This document shows positions 31,701 through 40,838 of a stretch of 64,000 nucleotides of DNA, piece after piece; within the stretch, counting starts at the first letter, position 1; each line of letters opens with the position of its first letter. Source of the DNA: Myxococcota bacterium (GTDB lineage: Bacteria; Myxococcota_A; UBA796; SXON01); assembly GCA_040386535.1 (NCBI GenBank), contig JAZKFH010000067.1, positions 1-64,000 of the forward strand. The letters run 5' to 3'. Made by a program: the position numbers and the translations under genes. The notes beneath the pieces are model-generated. The model was not told the origin of the DNA. It saw nothing but the letters and a program-made list of their open reading frames with translations, and did no database searches.

Positions 31701-33499
31701 CCGCGACTCTTCGCGGACTCGCTGCACGACCCGCCGCGATCGGCGCCGACATCCACTTCGAACCGCTGTTGCCCATCACCGGAGGCTTGTGGATGTACTG
31801 GCTTCCTGACGCAGCGGCGGCCCTCGCGGCGTTCGCCGCGAACCGGGCGGTCGACTCTGGCACTCGGGCCCGCGCCTCCCGCGAGGCGCGTGAGCTCGCG
31901 CTCGGCGCCGCCGGCGTTGCGCGGAGCGTCACAGAGAGTCGGGAGCGGTGCAACGCCGTCGAGGCCGCTGTCTCGGCGCTCCTGTCGGCCGGGGGGGCCG
32001 AGCTGCGTCCTCTCGCAGAGGGGCTTGTAGACGAGGAGATCGCCAACGTCGTCGCGGACCCGGCTGCGGTGCACGAACCCCTGCAGTTCCTTCGTAGGTC
32101 AGTCGCGAAGTCGCTTGGGTACGCCGGGGAGGTCGGCGAGGCGTTGCGTGTTGCAGGTGACGATCCCGACTGCCACGCAGCTGTGCTCGGAGGCCTGGAG
32201 GAGGGAGGGCACGTCGATCAATGGATGGCGCTTGCGCTCGGTGATGTTGGCGAGGCGACCCTGGCGTCACCAGGGTCGTGCTCCGCCGCCGCGCGGGCGC
32301 TCGCCCACGGCGGCGCGGGCGGACTCAGCCCGACCCAGGAAAACGCGGATTCGCTTATTTCACTGGGACAGATGCTCGCGAAGTCTTCGCAGATCGGCTC
32401 GGCGGGCCGAGTGGCCTCCGCACTCCGCACCGCCGGGTTCGATTGGGACGCGGACACGGTGAGCAGCGCGCTCGCGGTCGCCACGGCCGAGCATGGAGAA
32501 TTCGAGGAGGCAACTCGGATCGCCAGGTCTATTCTCCCAGAGCGTCGGATCGTCCCCCTCATTCGGGTCGCGTGGATCCTCGCGCGGACCAACCGCGCCG
32601 CAGCCCAGCGCCTCCTCGGCGAGATTGTCTCGCATGACGGACAACACCTTGGGACAGTGATCGGCGATGACTTGTCTTTCGTCGTTGAGCTCCTCGGCGT
32701 CAACATCGCCCCCCGCGTCCCGGGTACTGCCGACTTCGCGGACGAGCCCGCGATAGTGAAAGGGCTCGTCTGCGGCGGATACTTGGACGAGGCGCGGCGC
32801 CTCGCGGCGGAGCGACCCGAACTCCGCTCGATCGTGATCACGTCGCTCGTCGCCGCCGACCGTCTCGTGGACGCCCAAATCGAGTCGCATTGTGCGTACG
32901 CAGCCTTGGACAGAGGCGACTTCCGCGCCCGGCTTCACGATCTTCGGTGTCTCGCAAGTGCGTTCGCCGAGGCGCAGGAGTGGGATCTTGCCCGCCGATC
33001 GCTTGGTCTCAACGTTCGGGTCGGGCTCGGCGACGATGAGCGATACGAGCGAGAATATGCCGCCATGAAGGTGGCCGAGGTGGAGGTCCGCCAAAATCGC
33101 GTGGACGAGGCTTTCCGTACGGTCGCGGAGATCGACGCGACGCTCCCCGACCAATGCTGGGCGGAGTTCGCGGGCGTCCTGGCACGACATGGCCACTGTG
33201 ACCGCGCTGTGGCGGTCGCGATGTCGCTGGCGGAGACGGCTCCGGCCGCCACGCTCCGCGACCTCGTTCGCGAGGCGTCGAGCGAGGGCCACCACCGCGG
33301 AGTCGTTCAGGTACTACCAACCCTGTTTCGCGTGGCTGCGACTGAGGGGCGCGCGGCGGTGCTTACGGTGGCTGCCGCGGCGGCCCACGCAGTTTGCGTT
33401 GGTGAGGGCGCTGGCGCGCTCGCACGCCTCTACGACGCGTTGCAGGCGGCAACGGGGGAGTGGGCGCTCCAGCCCCCCGTCGTTCGGCGTAGCAGGTGA
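28751..33499 (+). CDS. TIR - NB-ARC (STAND) - APAF1-like helical - TPR-like repeat protein (NLR-like)
   Basis: VFVSYKR..VWVD..SDYVNAEW; Walker A GGPGMGKS; Walker B LFVLDDVW; GLPLAL; LHD; PDDGYLHDHLTWHL; long alanine-rich helical repeats. Confidence 0.9.
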   Translation: MGPSEPPRRVFVSYKRGDQDAFVDALVRRLEDVRHSVWVDRTDMPSRGRPFNLEVRDAIHDHDTLLLVFSPRAAGSDYVNAEWRYALQMCKVIVPLLVGCHEGQLPVELRAYHAIRIDDPGEPGSALDDLLRVLAQSRVPLAPRHGVPALPPWYVPRLEARERLGADLFADGRGPVAPRDSRPFALLAGGPGMGKSVLAAAFASCCETSRHFRDGIVWISVGPGAVEEVVDGALQQALAPFEHGGTLPNIARGAALHRCSRNIAALFVLDDVWDAGVIEAFVNHLTGSRCRLLVSARDASLAIGCGGRAIVLDLMDDEPALALLHAAMGGPRANTVETQAIARMCAGLPLALALCGRAIADGTPEREIAERMVAGELGAVKARLPNYPYPTVALALDVSLRALCERERDRFHELVVVDRSTRVPTHVVARLWRHTAGYTAEDTVGLLKQLRDRSLIDLEGPAGHTTVGLHDLICDWLAQSGHKPDAHRKLLDAYRPVGLRRWNDVPDDGYLHDHLTWHLSEAGWMRDLFDLVRRDWFRNQLRRTKGPAAFIFDARIALSAASRFDDTSTLGRMAYAAAAAWDHAAAVSPPLIRALASLGGPSQLGRAVEYATSRADGEDASCLQLTVATRLLAAGRIPAGQALSEHALGEERPDEPTRPVHHEIVFALARAGLVEQAAWSAWALRRRNHGRAREQLVGTAVASLIDAGQLDRALELGRVAESEVAIPLVTALLAHDRAGAEEWARSVADWSTRGRALACIALDAARRGDHPAARRIAGDLEGPLLDGHEPREWVLREVPAIHGACKDYESMWRAVGALEAGEDRYVDQALQKSLDVVLPAGDLDAAIEIVHAMQTNGVYFAFSAMQVVEALGRHGDRQRAAELSRHVNPEYRARVDAAIAKGMARGGDIEGAITMADAFPKAERKEVLAVVAVQQARSGRLREALALLPACGGEAASEVLRNAMESNDVDAVRSIATGHPQLVTATLRGLAARPAAIGADIHFEPLLPITGGLWMYWLPDAAAALAAFAANRAVDSGTRARASREARELALGAAGVARSVTESRERCNAVEAAVSALLSAGGAELRPLAEGLVDEEIANVVADPAAVHEPLQFLRRSVAKSLGYAGEVGEALRVAGDDPDCHAAVLGGLEEGGHVDQWMALALGDVGEATLASPGSCSAAARALAHGGAGGLSPTQENADSLISLGQMLAKSSQIGSAGRVASALRTAGFDWDADTVSSALAVATAEHGEFEEATRIARSILPERRIVPLIRVAWILARTNRAAAQRLLGEIVSHDGQHLGTVIGDDLSFVVELLGVNIAPRVPGTADFADEPAIVKGLVCGGYLDEARRLAAERPELRSIVITSLVAADRLVDAQIESHCAYAALDRGDFRARLHDLRCLASAFAEAQEWDLARRSLGLNVRVGLGDDERYEREYAAMKVAEVEVRQNRVDEAFRTVAEIDATLPDQCWAEFAGVLARHGHCDRAVAVAMSLAETAPAATLRDLVREASSEGHHRGVVQVLPTLFRVAATEGRAAVLTVAAAAAHAVCVGEGAGALARLYDALQAATGEWALQPPVVRRSR

Positions 33500-33844
33500 C
33501 TATGTGCCGCTGGCCGCACCGTGGTCTGGTTAATCCGCCCTGCGATTCTTTCTCGCGCGCCTTGCCGACGCTCACGAAGTTGCGGCGGGCGCTGTTGGCT
33601 CGGGGCCTCGGACAGGTCGGCCTGCACGTTGTCTCCAGCCGGGCGTCGCCCGGAGTTCTGGCAGAAGACCTGCTTCTTCCCCCCTCGAACTCCATCGAGA
33701 GCGCCCCGGTGGCCCGGTCCGGGTCGAGCGCGCCGCGAGCCGGCCTTCGTCACCAGATCCCGGCGCTGCCCGCGTGCGGGCCGACGGTCGAGACGCTACG
33801 TACGTAGCGGCAGTTCGCCAGATAGCCCTTCGGAGCCCCCGGCC

Positions 33845-34714
33845 ATGATCGAACGACGGCACCAGTCCGAAAGACCCACCTGGCACGCTGCCTGCGACCT
33901 GGTCACGGTCGTCGATGCCAACCCGGTCAACGGTGCGGCGCTCGCGCTGCTTTTCGAAGGCTTCAACCGCGTATACCGCGGCTGGTCCGACCGGATGACG
34001 GTGTTGCAACCCGCGGGAGAAGTTTCCGCGGAGCTAATGGCCACGCTCCGCTCGTACGCGGTCGCCCGCTTTGTCGCACCCTGCGACCACGCCGACGATC
34101 CGTACCGGGTCAAGTTCCTCCTGGTCGACTACGTACGTGCCATGAAGCGTAGTACCCGCACCCTGCTCTACCTCGACCCCGACCATCTGGTCCTCGGCCC
34201 GTTCCCCGCGCACCCGCCAACCGGCAGCATTCAGGTGAGCTCCGAGGTCAAGGGGCTGCCGGGGCCACTAGCCGCGAAGCTTCGTGAGCTCGTCCGTGGC
34301 GGCCCGAGCAGATTGCGGCACTTCAACACCTCGTTCATCGCGGCAGACTATCAAAGCTGGGATCGGGTAGTGAGGCGTTGGGAGACGATCTACCAGGCGA
34401 TACGCCCGTTGACGGAGGCCCGGCACCGGGAGGAGATCGCGTTCTGCGTCGCCGCGCTCAGCGAAGGGCTCGACGTGACGCCCGTCGGCAACGAGGTACA
34501 GGGATCAATGGCCGACACACATCCTGCCGCAGCGCTGTTTCACTACGGGGGCGAGCATCCGGAGGCACGAAAGGTGAAGGCCTGTCTGGGCGGCCCGATG
34601 GCGGCGATCCCTGCGCTGGAGCAGCTCTGGTCGGGCAGTCTGCCCGGAAGCCGCGCACGCTGGATGTCCGAACGGGCGCTCGGCATCCTACGCGATGCGG
34701 GCCCCCTTGCATGA
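33845..34714 (+). CDS. Putative GT-A fold glycosyltransferase (GT8-like)
   Basis: PYRVKF..LLYLDPDHLV (DxD), HFNTSFI, EEIAF, LFHYGG; start uncertain. Confidence 0.55.
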   Translation: MIERRHQSERPTWHAACDLVTVVDANPVNGAALALLFEGFNRVYRGWSDRMTVLQPAGEVSAELMATLRSYAVARFVAPCDHADDPYRVKFLLVDYVRAMKRSTRTLLYLDPDHLVLGPFPAHPPTGSIQVSSEVKGLPGPLAAKLRELVRGGPSRLRHFNTSFIAADYQSWDRVVRRWETIYQAIRPLTEARHREEIAFCVAALSEGLDVTPVGNEVQGSMADTHPAAALFHYGGEHPEARKVKACLGGPMAAIPALEQLWSGSLPGSRARWMSERALGILRDAGPLA

Positions 34715-35370
34715 CCGGGAACATCCGCCATGTGGGGATCATCCCCGACGGCAACCGCCGCTGGGCGCGGCGGGTCGGTGTCGACTACGCCACCGCCTAC
34801 CGTCTGGCCGCGCGGAATGTGATCGGATTCGCCGAGTACCTCTTCGAGGCAGGCGTCTCGGCGACGAGCATCTACTGCCTGAGCAAGCAGAATCTGGAGC
34901 GGCCGAGTCAGGAGCTAGAGGTGGTGTTCGAGGCCGCGAGAGAGCTTGCGGTGACCCACTTGCCTCGCCTCCGTGCGAAGCATCGGTTTCGCCTCGTTGT
35001 CGCAGGAGTTCCGGGTCGAGTCCCAGTGGAAGTGGAGAGGACCCTGACGGAATTCGTCGCCGAGACCGCCAACGAGAACGATCACCGGCTCTACATCCTC
35101 CTCGGGTACGATCCGGTCGAGGAAGTCGCCGCGGCCGTCCGTGGCGCGGAGGGTCGGCCCTTCGCCCTCGGCCAGCTTTCGGTTCCCGAGGCGGTCGACT
35201 TGGTCATACGAACGGGGGGAGGCTCGACACCTCTGAGCAATTTCCTCCCGCTGCAATGCGGCTATGCGCAGGTCCACGTTCTCGACGACTATTTCAACGA
35301 CCTGACGATCGAGAGTCTGCGGAGCGTACTGGCCAAGGCCCGAACCGAAGCATTCGCGCTCGGCCGATGA
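34711..35370 (+). CDS. cis-prenyltransferase (UppS-like), divergent
   Basis: HVGIIPDGNRRWAR, SIYCLSKQNLERPSQE, DLVIRTGG..LSNFLPLQ.GYA; ATGA overlap with upstream gene. Confidence 0.88.
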   Translation: MTGNIRHVGIIPDGNRRWARRVGVDYATAYRLAARNVIGFAEYLFEAGVSATSIYCLSKQNLERPSQELEVVFEAARELAVTHLPRLRAKHRFRLVVAGVPGRVPVEVERTLTEFVAETANENDHRLYILLGYDPVEEVAAAVRGAEGRPFALGQLSVPEAVDLVIRTGGGSTPLSNFLPLQCGYAQVHVLDDYFNDLTIESLRSVLAKARTEAFALGR

Positions 35371-35644
35371 AAGGCATTTCCCTGGACACCAAGGTCCTTC
35401 TGGCGTTCGGCCAAAAGCTCCCGGGTCAACGGAGGGCCCTCGTTCCATCCCGGATTGGCCGGATTTTGGATGGAGAGTATCGGACGTTAACGCATCGAGG
35501 GCGGTGCCGGAGCGGAACATCCGCCAGCCGCAGCCCCTCGCGCAGCCCACCATGCCCCCGTTCCCCAGCGCACGAACAGCTTGCGCGTCGCTTGTGGCGT
35601 GACCTGCGCGCGAGTCCCTGGTCCACGAATCAGGGTACTGTACC

Positions 35645-37084
35645 ATGAGCCCCCCCCGGCCGGACTCGTCCCGTGAGGCGACGTCCCGGGACGACGCTCC
35701 CGCCTCGGACTCGGTGCCGCACGAACCATACAACGGCCCAATTCGCGTCTTCGTCAGTTACTCGAGGCTGAACTACACACCTGCAGCCTTGGTCGCGAGC
35801 CACCTTCGCGAATACCGGGGCGTGGTCGACGTGTGGATGGACGACGATTTGTCTGTAGGCGAGCGATACCCAGGCACGATAGTACGCGAACTCGCGCGCG
35901 CGGATGTCTTCGTCGCCATACTGTCCCGGGCCTTTTTCGAGTCGGAGTGGTGCACGAGGGAGAGCGAGACTTTTCTGGATCGGGCGGCTTCGGACCCCCG
36001 CCTCCTCGTGGTGCCGATCGCGATCGACGGGATGGACCTCCCGAAGCACCCGATCTGCTCGTGGCAGGTCGTGGATCTCCCTGACTGGGCGATTCGGGCG
36101 GATCGCGTCCTGCGACAGCGTGTGCTGCCGGTCATCCTGAGGGAGAAAGTGCCGGCTTCGAGCGTGGCGGTTGCGCTGACCGAGGCCGCGGCGGGGCGCC
36201 GGGCGCGGGTCTATTCCGACGTGCTGCGCTATTGCTCCACAACCAGACCACCCGCCGAGGTCGTGCAGGGGCTGGTGGGAGAGGCCTTCAACTGTCTTTC
36301 CAACGAGGAACTCTCGCCTGGAGCCCGTGCCGACCTATCGAACGCGCTCTCGGCCATCTTCCTGAACCGTGGCGAGTGGCGGACCCTGGCCAACCTGAAC
36401 GCCCAGGCGATCCAGTTGATCGGCGAACGGGCCGGAGACAGGCCGCTTACGGACGAGGAGCTGGCGTTCGAAGGCGAGCTCTACAACCACCTCGCGCTGG
36501 CCGAGCGAAAGCTCAGGGTCCAGTCGGCCGAGGCCCACTACCTCGATGCGACGCGGGCTTTCGGAGCCATCCGGGACCCGTTGTTTCGCAGGGAGAAGAT
36601 GGGACAGGTTCTCCGTGAGCGGGGAAACCTCGCGCTCCGGAACGGGCAACTGGAAGCCGCCGGGGCCTTCTACCGCAGCAGCGTGGAGGCGCTCGAGGGA
36701 CTTCCGTCGCAGCGTTGGCATGTCCTTGCCGGCAAGTCGAAGCTAGCCCTGGTCAGCGCCTTAAAGGGAGACGTTCATACTGCACAACAGGAGCTGGCCG
36801 TCATCGAGCCCGAGTTCTCCGTCGATGCGCTCCGCGGCGGGGGGGAACGCGCTTGGGCCGCGGCAGACCAGTTCTGGTACGGATCGGCGATCGTCGCGAT
36901 CATCGCAGGGACTTATCGAACGAGTGCCCGTTGGACGGCGACTCACGGCGCCTTCGCCCGGGAGCAGGGCTGGGCGAATGCTTCGCGAAAGGTGCGCTGG
37001 CTTGGCGGAATCGGATTTCTGGCGGTCTTTCTACCCCGTCGGGTTCGCACCGCCCTCTTCAACCAGATCGTGAGGTTCCTATGA
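35645..37084 (+). CDS. TIR - TPR-like protein
   Basis: RVFVSYSR..DVWMDDDLSVGE..ADVFVAILSRAFFESEWCTRE; C-terminal TPR-like helices (LYNHLAL, RGNLALRNGQLEAA..Y..S). Confidence 0.85.
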   Translation: MSPPRPDSSREATSRDDAPASDSVPHEPYNGPIRVFVSYSRLNYTPAALVASHLREYRGVVDVWMDDDLSVGERYPGTIVRELARADVFVAILSRAFFESEWCTRESETFLDRAASDPRLLVVPIAIDGMDLPKHPICSWQVVDLPDWAIRADRVLRQRVLPVILREKVPASSVAVALTEAAAGRRARVYSDVLRYCSTTRPPAEVVQGLVGEAFNCLSNEELSPGARADLSNALSAIFLNRGEWRTLANLNAQAIQLIGERAGDRPLTDEELAFEGELYNHLALAERKLRVQSAEAHYLDATRAFGAIRDPLFRREKMGQVLRERGNLALRNGQLEAAGAFYRSSVEALEGLPSQRWHVLAGKSKLALVSALKGDVHTAQQELAVIEPEFSVDALRGGGERAWAAADQFWYGSAIVAIIAGTYRTSARWTATHGAFAREQGWANASRKVRWLGGIGFLAVFLPRRVRTALFNQIVRFL

Positions 37085-38073
37085 CCCGTTCCCGCGCTGC
37101 TCCCGTGGACGTCGTGATTCCGACTCTGTGGGGCGGCGAGATGCTGCGCGCCTGCGTCGCCTCCCTCCTCGACCAACGACCGTCGCCCGCAAGTGTCACC
37201 ATCGTCGCCAACGGTACAGGAGCCGAGGTTTCGGCGAGACTTTTCCACGAGCCACCGGTTCGGGTGATCGCCCTTCCCGAGAACATCGGGTTCGCGCGGG
37301 CGGTGAACCGAGGGTGGCGCGACGGCACCCAGAGGTGGGTGCTGGTTCTCAATGACGACGTAGTGCTCGGACCCGAGTTCATGGCAGCGTTCGAGGACCG
37401 GCGCGGAACCCTGCCCGAAGAGGTCAAGTGTCTCGCTGCCGTGCTGTGGGAGGCGGGCAGCGTGCGAGCGGTCCACTCCGCGGGGCTGTGCCTGACGCCC
37501 TACGGGTATGGGAATCGGAGCCAGTTCAGGGGAAGCGTCATCGCTCCCCCCAGACAAGAGGTCGTCGCTCCCTGTGGCGCCTGCGGATTGTACGAACGTG
37601 GGGCGATGTCGAGGGTGGGTGGCTTTCCGGAAGACTTCTTCTTCCTGTTCGAGGATTGGGAGGTGGGGCTGCGGATGCAGGCGCTCGGGGCCACGTGCAC
37701 CGTCGAACCAGACCTCTCGGCGACGCACGTTGGGTCTGCCACCCTGCGCCAGTTTCCTCGGCGACGACTGTACGAGGGAATGAAGAACTGGCTCGTCGCC
37801 GCTTCGCGCGGCCTGCCGAATGAATTTTGGGCCGCGCACGGGTGCGAGGTGTTGTCCTTTGCGCGCAAGTCCCTCGTGTCGATGCGCGAGGCGGGCGCCG
37901 AGGAGGAGGTCGACGCGGCCTTGACCACCTACCAGTCCCTTCTTCCCGCCATCCGGGCGGCTAGGGGCGAGCTCGCGGAAAGCGCGATGCCCGGGTGGAA
38001 CGACCGCTTGGAGGCTCTGATGTACCGGGGACCGGTGGCCATCGAGGCGGGCCCTGCGAGCATTAATCACTGA
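37081..38073 (+). CDS. Glycosyltransferase family 2
   Basis: VDVVIPT, NIGFARAVNRG, LVLNDDVV, GGFPEDFFFLFEDWE..R; ATGA overlap with TIR-TPR stop. Confidence 0.9.
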   Translation: MTRSRAAPVDVVIPTLWGGEMLRACVASLLDQRPSPASVTIVANGTGAEVSARLFHEPPVRVIALPENIGFARAVNRGWRDGTQRWVLVLNDDVVLGPEFMAAFEDRRGTLPEEVKCLAAVLWEAGSVRAVHSAGLCLTPYGYGNRSQFRGSVIAPPRQEVVAPCGACGLYERGAMSRVGGFPEDFFFLFEDWEVGLRMQALGATCTVEPDLSATHVGSATLRQFPRRRLYEGMKNWLVAASRGLPNEFWAAHGCEVLSFARKSLVSMREAGAEEEVDAALTTYQSLLPAIRAARGELAESAMPGWNDRLEALMYRGPVAIEAGPASINH

Positions 38074-38258
38074 CCGGCAGCGCGCCCGCCGCGGAGGAAT
38101 CGCCCCTCCCCCTCGGTCTCCGCACCTCCTCGTTCACCAACCCCACCCGATCGCGCGCCGATGATCCCTTTGGCGGAGCTGACCGCGCTTTGTGGAAGTC
38201 TCGCGATCCGGAGGGTCCCGCGGACTGTGGCCGTCGTCATGCGGTATAAGCGACCCGT

Positions 38259-39863
38259 ATGCCGCCGCCCGACCCGCGACCAACCCCGCCCGCGCAGCTG
38301 TTCGTCGCGTTCGCCGGCCCCGATCGCGACCATGCCCGCGCGCTCGTCGCCCACCTCCGGGCGTGGGGCTGCCGCGTCACCTGGGAGGAGGACATTCGGC
38401 CCGGCCGCCCGTTCACGGTCACGATCCCCGAGGCCCTCGGCACATGTAGTGCCTACGTCTTCCTGGTGACGGAGGCCTCGAAGGGCGCCTGGTACCAGCA
38501 CGACGAGGTGACGATCGCCGTGGACTTCGCGCGCAGCGAAGGCCGCGATATCTACGTCGTCACGGACCTCGCCGCGCCCGAGAGGCCCTACGGACTCGCG
38601 TCGTCTCCGCGGACCCCCTGGGGCGGGGACGCGGCGACGGCGGCCTTCCGCATCGCGGCGGACGCGCTGGGCTGGCAGGAGGGCGCGCGCGACCAACCCG
38701 CGCGCATCCCGTTCGATCCTGCCGACTCCCGCTACGCCCGCTACGAGCTGGCGGCCCGGCTCGCCTCCGCGGTCGACGGGGACGCCCTCGCGGGCGCGGC
38801 GACGGCCGCGCTCGTCGAGACGCTCGCGCGGCTCCCGCAGACCTCGAGGTTCGCCCGGATCCTCGAGGCGGGGGGCCAGGATCTGCTCGTGGTCCTGCGC
38901 GGCGCCCTGTTCCACCTCGCGGACAGCAACTTGGAGGCCGCGGCCGACTGGAAGGCGCCGCTGGTCACGGTCGCCCGCGAGGTCGCCCGCGCGCTCCATG
39001 TCGGCGGGCAGGCCCCGCCACGCCTCGCCGCCTGGCTGAAGGCCGCGGGCGCGCCCGCTCCCGCGGCGGCCTCGTCCGCGCCGCCGGCGCTGCTCGTTCG
39101 GCTGGAGGGCGTGCAGGACGACGAGACCTTCTTCCTCTCCCGCGCCGAGCTGCGTCGTCCGGATTCGCCGACGCTCTGGAGTTACCCGCCGGCGGGGAGC
39201 GCCGCGCTTCCGGAGAAGCGGCGCACGTCGCAGGAGTTCTCCCGCTTCCTCCGAAAGCTCTACGACGTGCAGCTCCAGAAGCAGGGCATCCCCCTGGACA
39301 GCCTCGTCCTCATCGTCGAGGTCGAGGCCTGCCACGTCGGGTTGCGCTTTCATCGCTGGCAGGGCGTCGACAACGGAAAGGACCTCGCGCGGCAGCTCAA
39401 GGGCGTCGCGACGTGGCCGTGCTTGTCGGACGCCTGGGGGCAGACGCGGGCCCGGCCCCCCGAGCGGCCGCGGTCCGTCGACGTGCCGCGCCCGATCGCC
39501 GTGCCCGCGGACTCCGTGTGGGTGCGGGCGCCGGTGTCGGCCGTCGAGCTCAACGGCCGCCTCGGCGCGGGCATCGCGGTGTTCGCCGGCGCGCTCGCGT
39601 GGCGCGGCGCGGACACGGGTGGCCCCGTGTGTCACCACGCCAACCGCCTGCTCACCGTCCTGCTTGAAGACGAGGACCTCGACACCTTCGTGGACGCCAT
39701 CTTCGGGGGCGACGCGGCGGTGCCCGTCGAGCTCTTCTTCGAGCGGCTCCGCCTCGCGTGGGCGGCCCGCCACGAGGCCCACGTCGTCTGGACCGACGCA
39801 CGCTACACCCCGAGCTGGGACCTCGCCGGCCCCACCGACGATCTGCTCTTCGAATCCCTCTGA
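38259..39863 (+). CDS. TIR-fused vWA-MoxR-associated protein (VMAP-like)
   Basis: LFVAFAGPDR..WEEDIRPG..AWYQHDE (TIR); C-terminal LLVRL..LIVEV..VVW.D pattern; sits directly before MoxR and vWA genes. Confidence 0.7.
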   Translation: MPPPDPRPTPPAQLFVAFAGPDRDHARALVAHLRAWGCRVTWEEDIRPGRPFTVTIPEALGTCSAYVFLVTEASKGAWYQHDEVTIAVDFARSEGRDIYVVTDLAAPERPYGLASSPRTPWGGDAATAAFRIAADALGWQEGARDQPARIPFDPADSRYARYELAARLASAVDGDALAGAATAALVETLARLPQTSRFARILEAGGQDLLVVLRGALFHLADSNLEAAADWKAPLVTVAREVARALHVGGQAPPRLAAWLKAAGAPAPAAASSAPPALLVRLEGVQDDETFFLSRAELRRPDSPTLWSYPPAGSAALPEKRRTSQEFSRFLRKLYDVQLQKQGIPLDSLVLIVEVEACHVGLRFHRWQGVDNGKDLARQLKGVATWPCLSDAWGQTRARPPERPRSVDVPRPIAVPADSVWVRAPVSAVELNGRLGAGIAVFAGALAWRGADTGGPVCHHANRLLTVLLEDEDLDTFVDAIFGGDAAVPVELFFERLRLAWAARHEAHVVWTDARYTPSWDLAGPTDDLLFESL

Positions 39864-39869
39864 GGCCCC

Positions 39870-40838
39870 ATGACCGTTCCCTTCCGACTCTACGACGGCG
39901 TCTCCGAGCTCGACCCGACGATCCGCGCCGCGTGGCTGGCCAACATCCCTCCCTGGAGACGCACCGGCCCGCCGTGGGCCGAACGGACGGACCGTTGCAA
40001 ACGCGGGCCCCCCGCCATGCGCCCCGAGCAGCTCGCGCGGGCGGAGACGTGGGTGGTGCCGACGGAGCTGGTTTGCGAGCGCGTGAACATGGCGTTGCAC
40101 CTCCGTCGTCCGCTCCTCGTCTCCGGGGATCCGGGCCTCGGCAAGACCTCCCTCGGATGGAGCATCGCGCGGTGCCTCGGGCTCGGCCCCCCGCTCCGCT
40201 GGGAGGTCAACTCGCGGACGACGCTCGAGGACGGGCTCCACAGCTACGACGCCGTGGGCCACCTCCAGGACACCAAGGCCGGGGGCGGCAAGAGCCTCGC
40301 CGCCTTCATCACCCTCGGCCCCCTCGGCACCGCGCTCCTGCCGACCGAGCTGCCGCGCGTCCTCATCGTCGACGAGCTCGACAAGTCCAGCTACGACCTA
40401 CCCAACGATCTGTTGCACGTGTTCGAGGAGGGGCAGTTCACGGTGCCGGCCCTCGTGCGCGAGGCGGGCCCCGCGTCGGTGTCCCCCTGGGACCCCGCCG
40501 GAGACCGCGTGGACGTGACGGACGGCGTGGCCCGGACGGTGCACCACCCCGTCGTCGTCATCACCACCAACCGCGACCGCGAGTTTCCGGACGCCTTCAT
40601 GCGCCGGTGCGTGACGCTCCCGCTCGATCGTCCCGATCCCACGAAGATGGCGGCCATCCTCGCGGGCTGGCTGAAGGCGGGGGCGGGCACGCCGGCCGAG
40701 ATCGACGCCTTCGTGGCGCAGTACCCGACGGACATGACCGACGTGCTGCTCCAGGCGCTCTTCCTCACCCGGAGCGCGGGCGGCGATCCAACGAAGATCG
40801 TCCCCGCGTTGCGACGCGGCGGCGGGACGCCCGGATGA
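39870..40838 (+). CDS. MoxR-family AAA+ ATPase
   Basis: VNMALHLRRPLLVSGDPGLGKTS, YDAVG.L, LGPLGTALLP, LIVDELDK, PNDLL, ITTNRDREFPDAFMRRC. Confidence 0.92.
   Translation: MTVPFRLYDGVSELDPTIRAAWLANIPPWRRTGPPWAERTDRCKRGPPAMRPEQLARAETWVVPTELVCERVNMALHLRRPLLVSGDPGLGKTSLGWSIARCLGLGPPLRWEVNSRTTLEDGLHSYDAVGHLQDTKAGGGKSLAAFITLGPLGTALLPTELPRVLIVDELDKSSYDLPNDLLHVFEEGQFTVPALVREAGPASVSPWDPAGDRVDVTDGVARTVHHPVVVITTNRDREFPDAFMRRCVTLPLDRPDPTKMAAILAGWLKAGAGTPAEIDAFVAQYPTDMTDVLLQALFLTRSAGGDPTKIVPALRRGGGTPG

Noticed and set aside
33500..33844. Possible gene fragment between NLR-like gene and GT
   Set aside because: No recognisable motif in any frame; cannot support a call
39758..40834. N-terminal 359 aa of the 1887-aa ORF
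   Set aside because: Arg/Pro-rich off-frame shadow of the MoxR gene; true start at 40835
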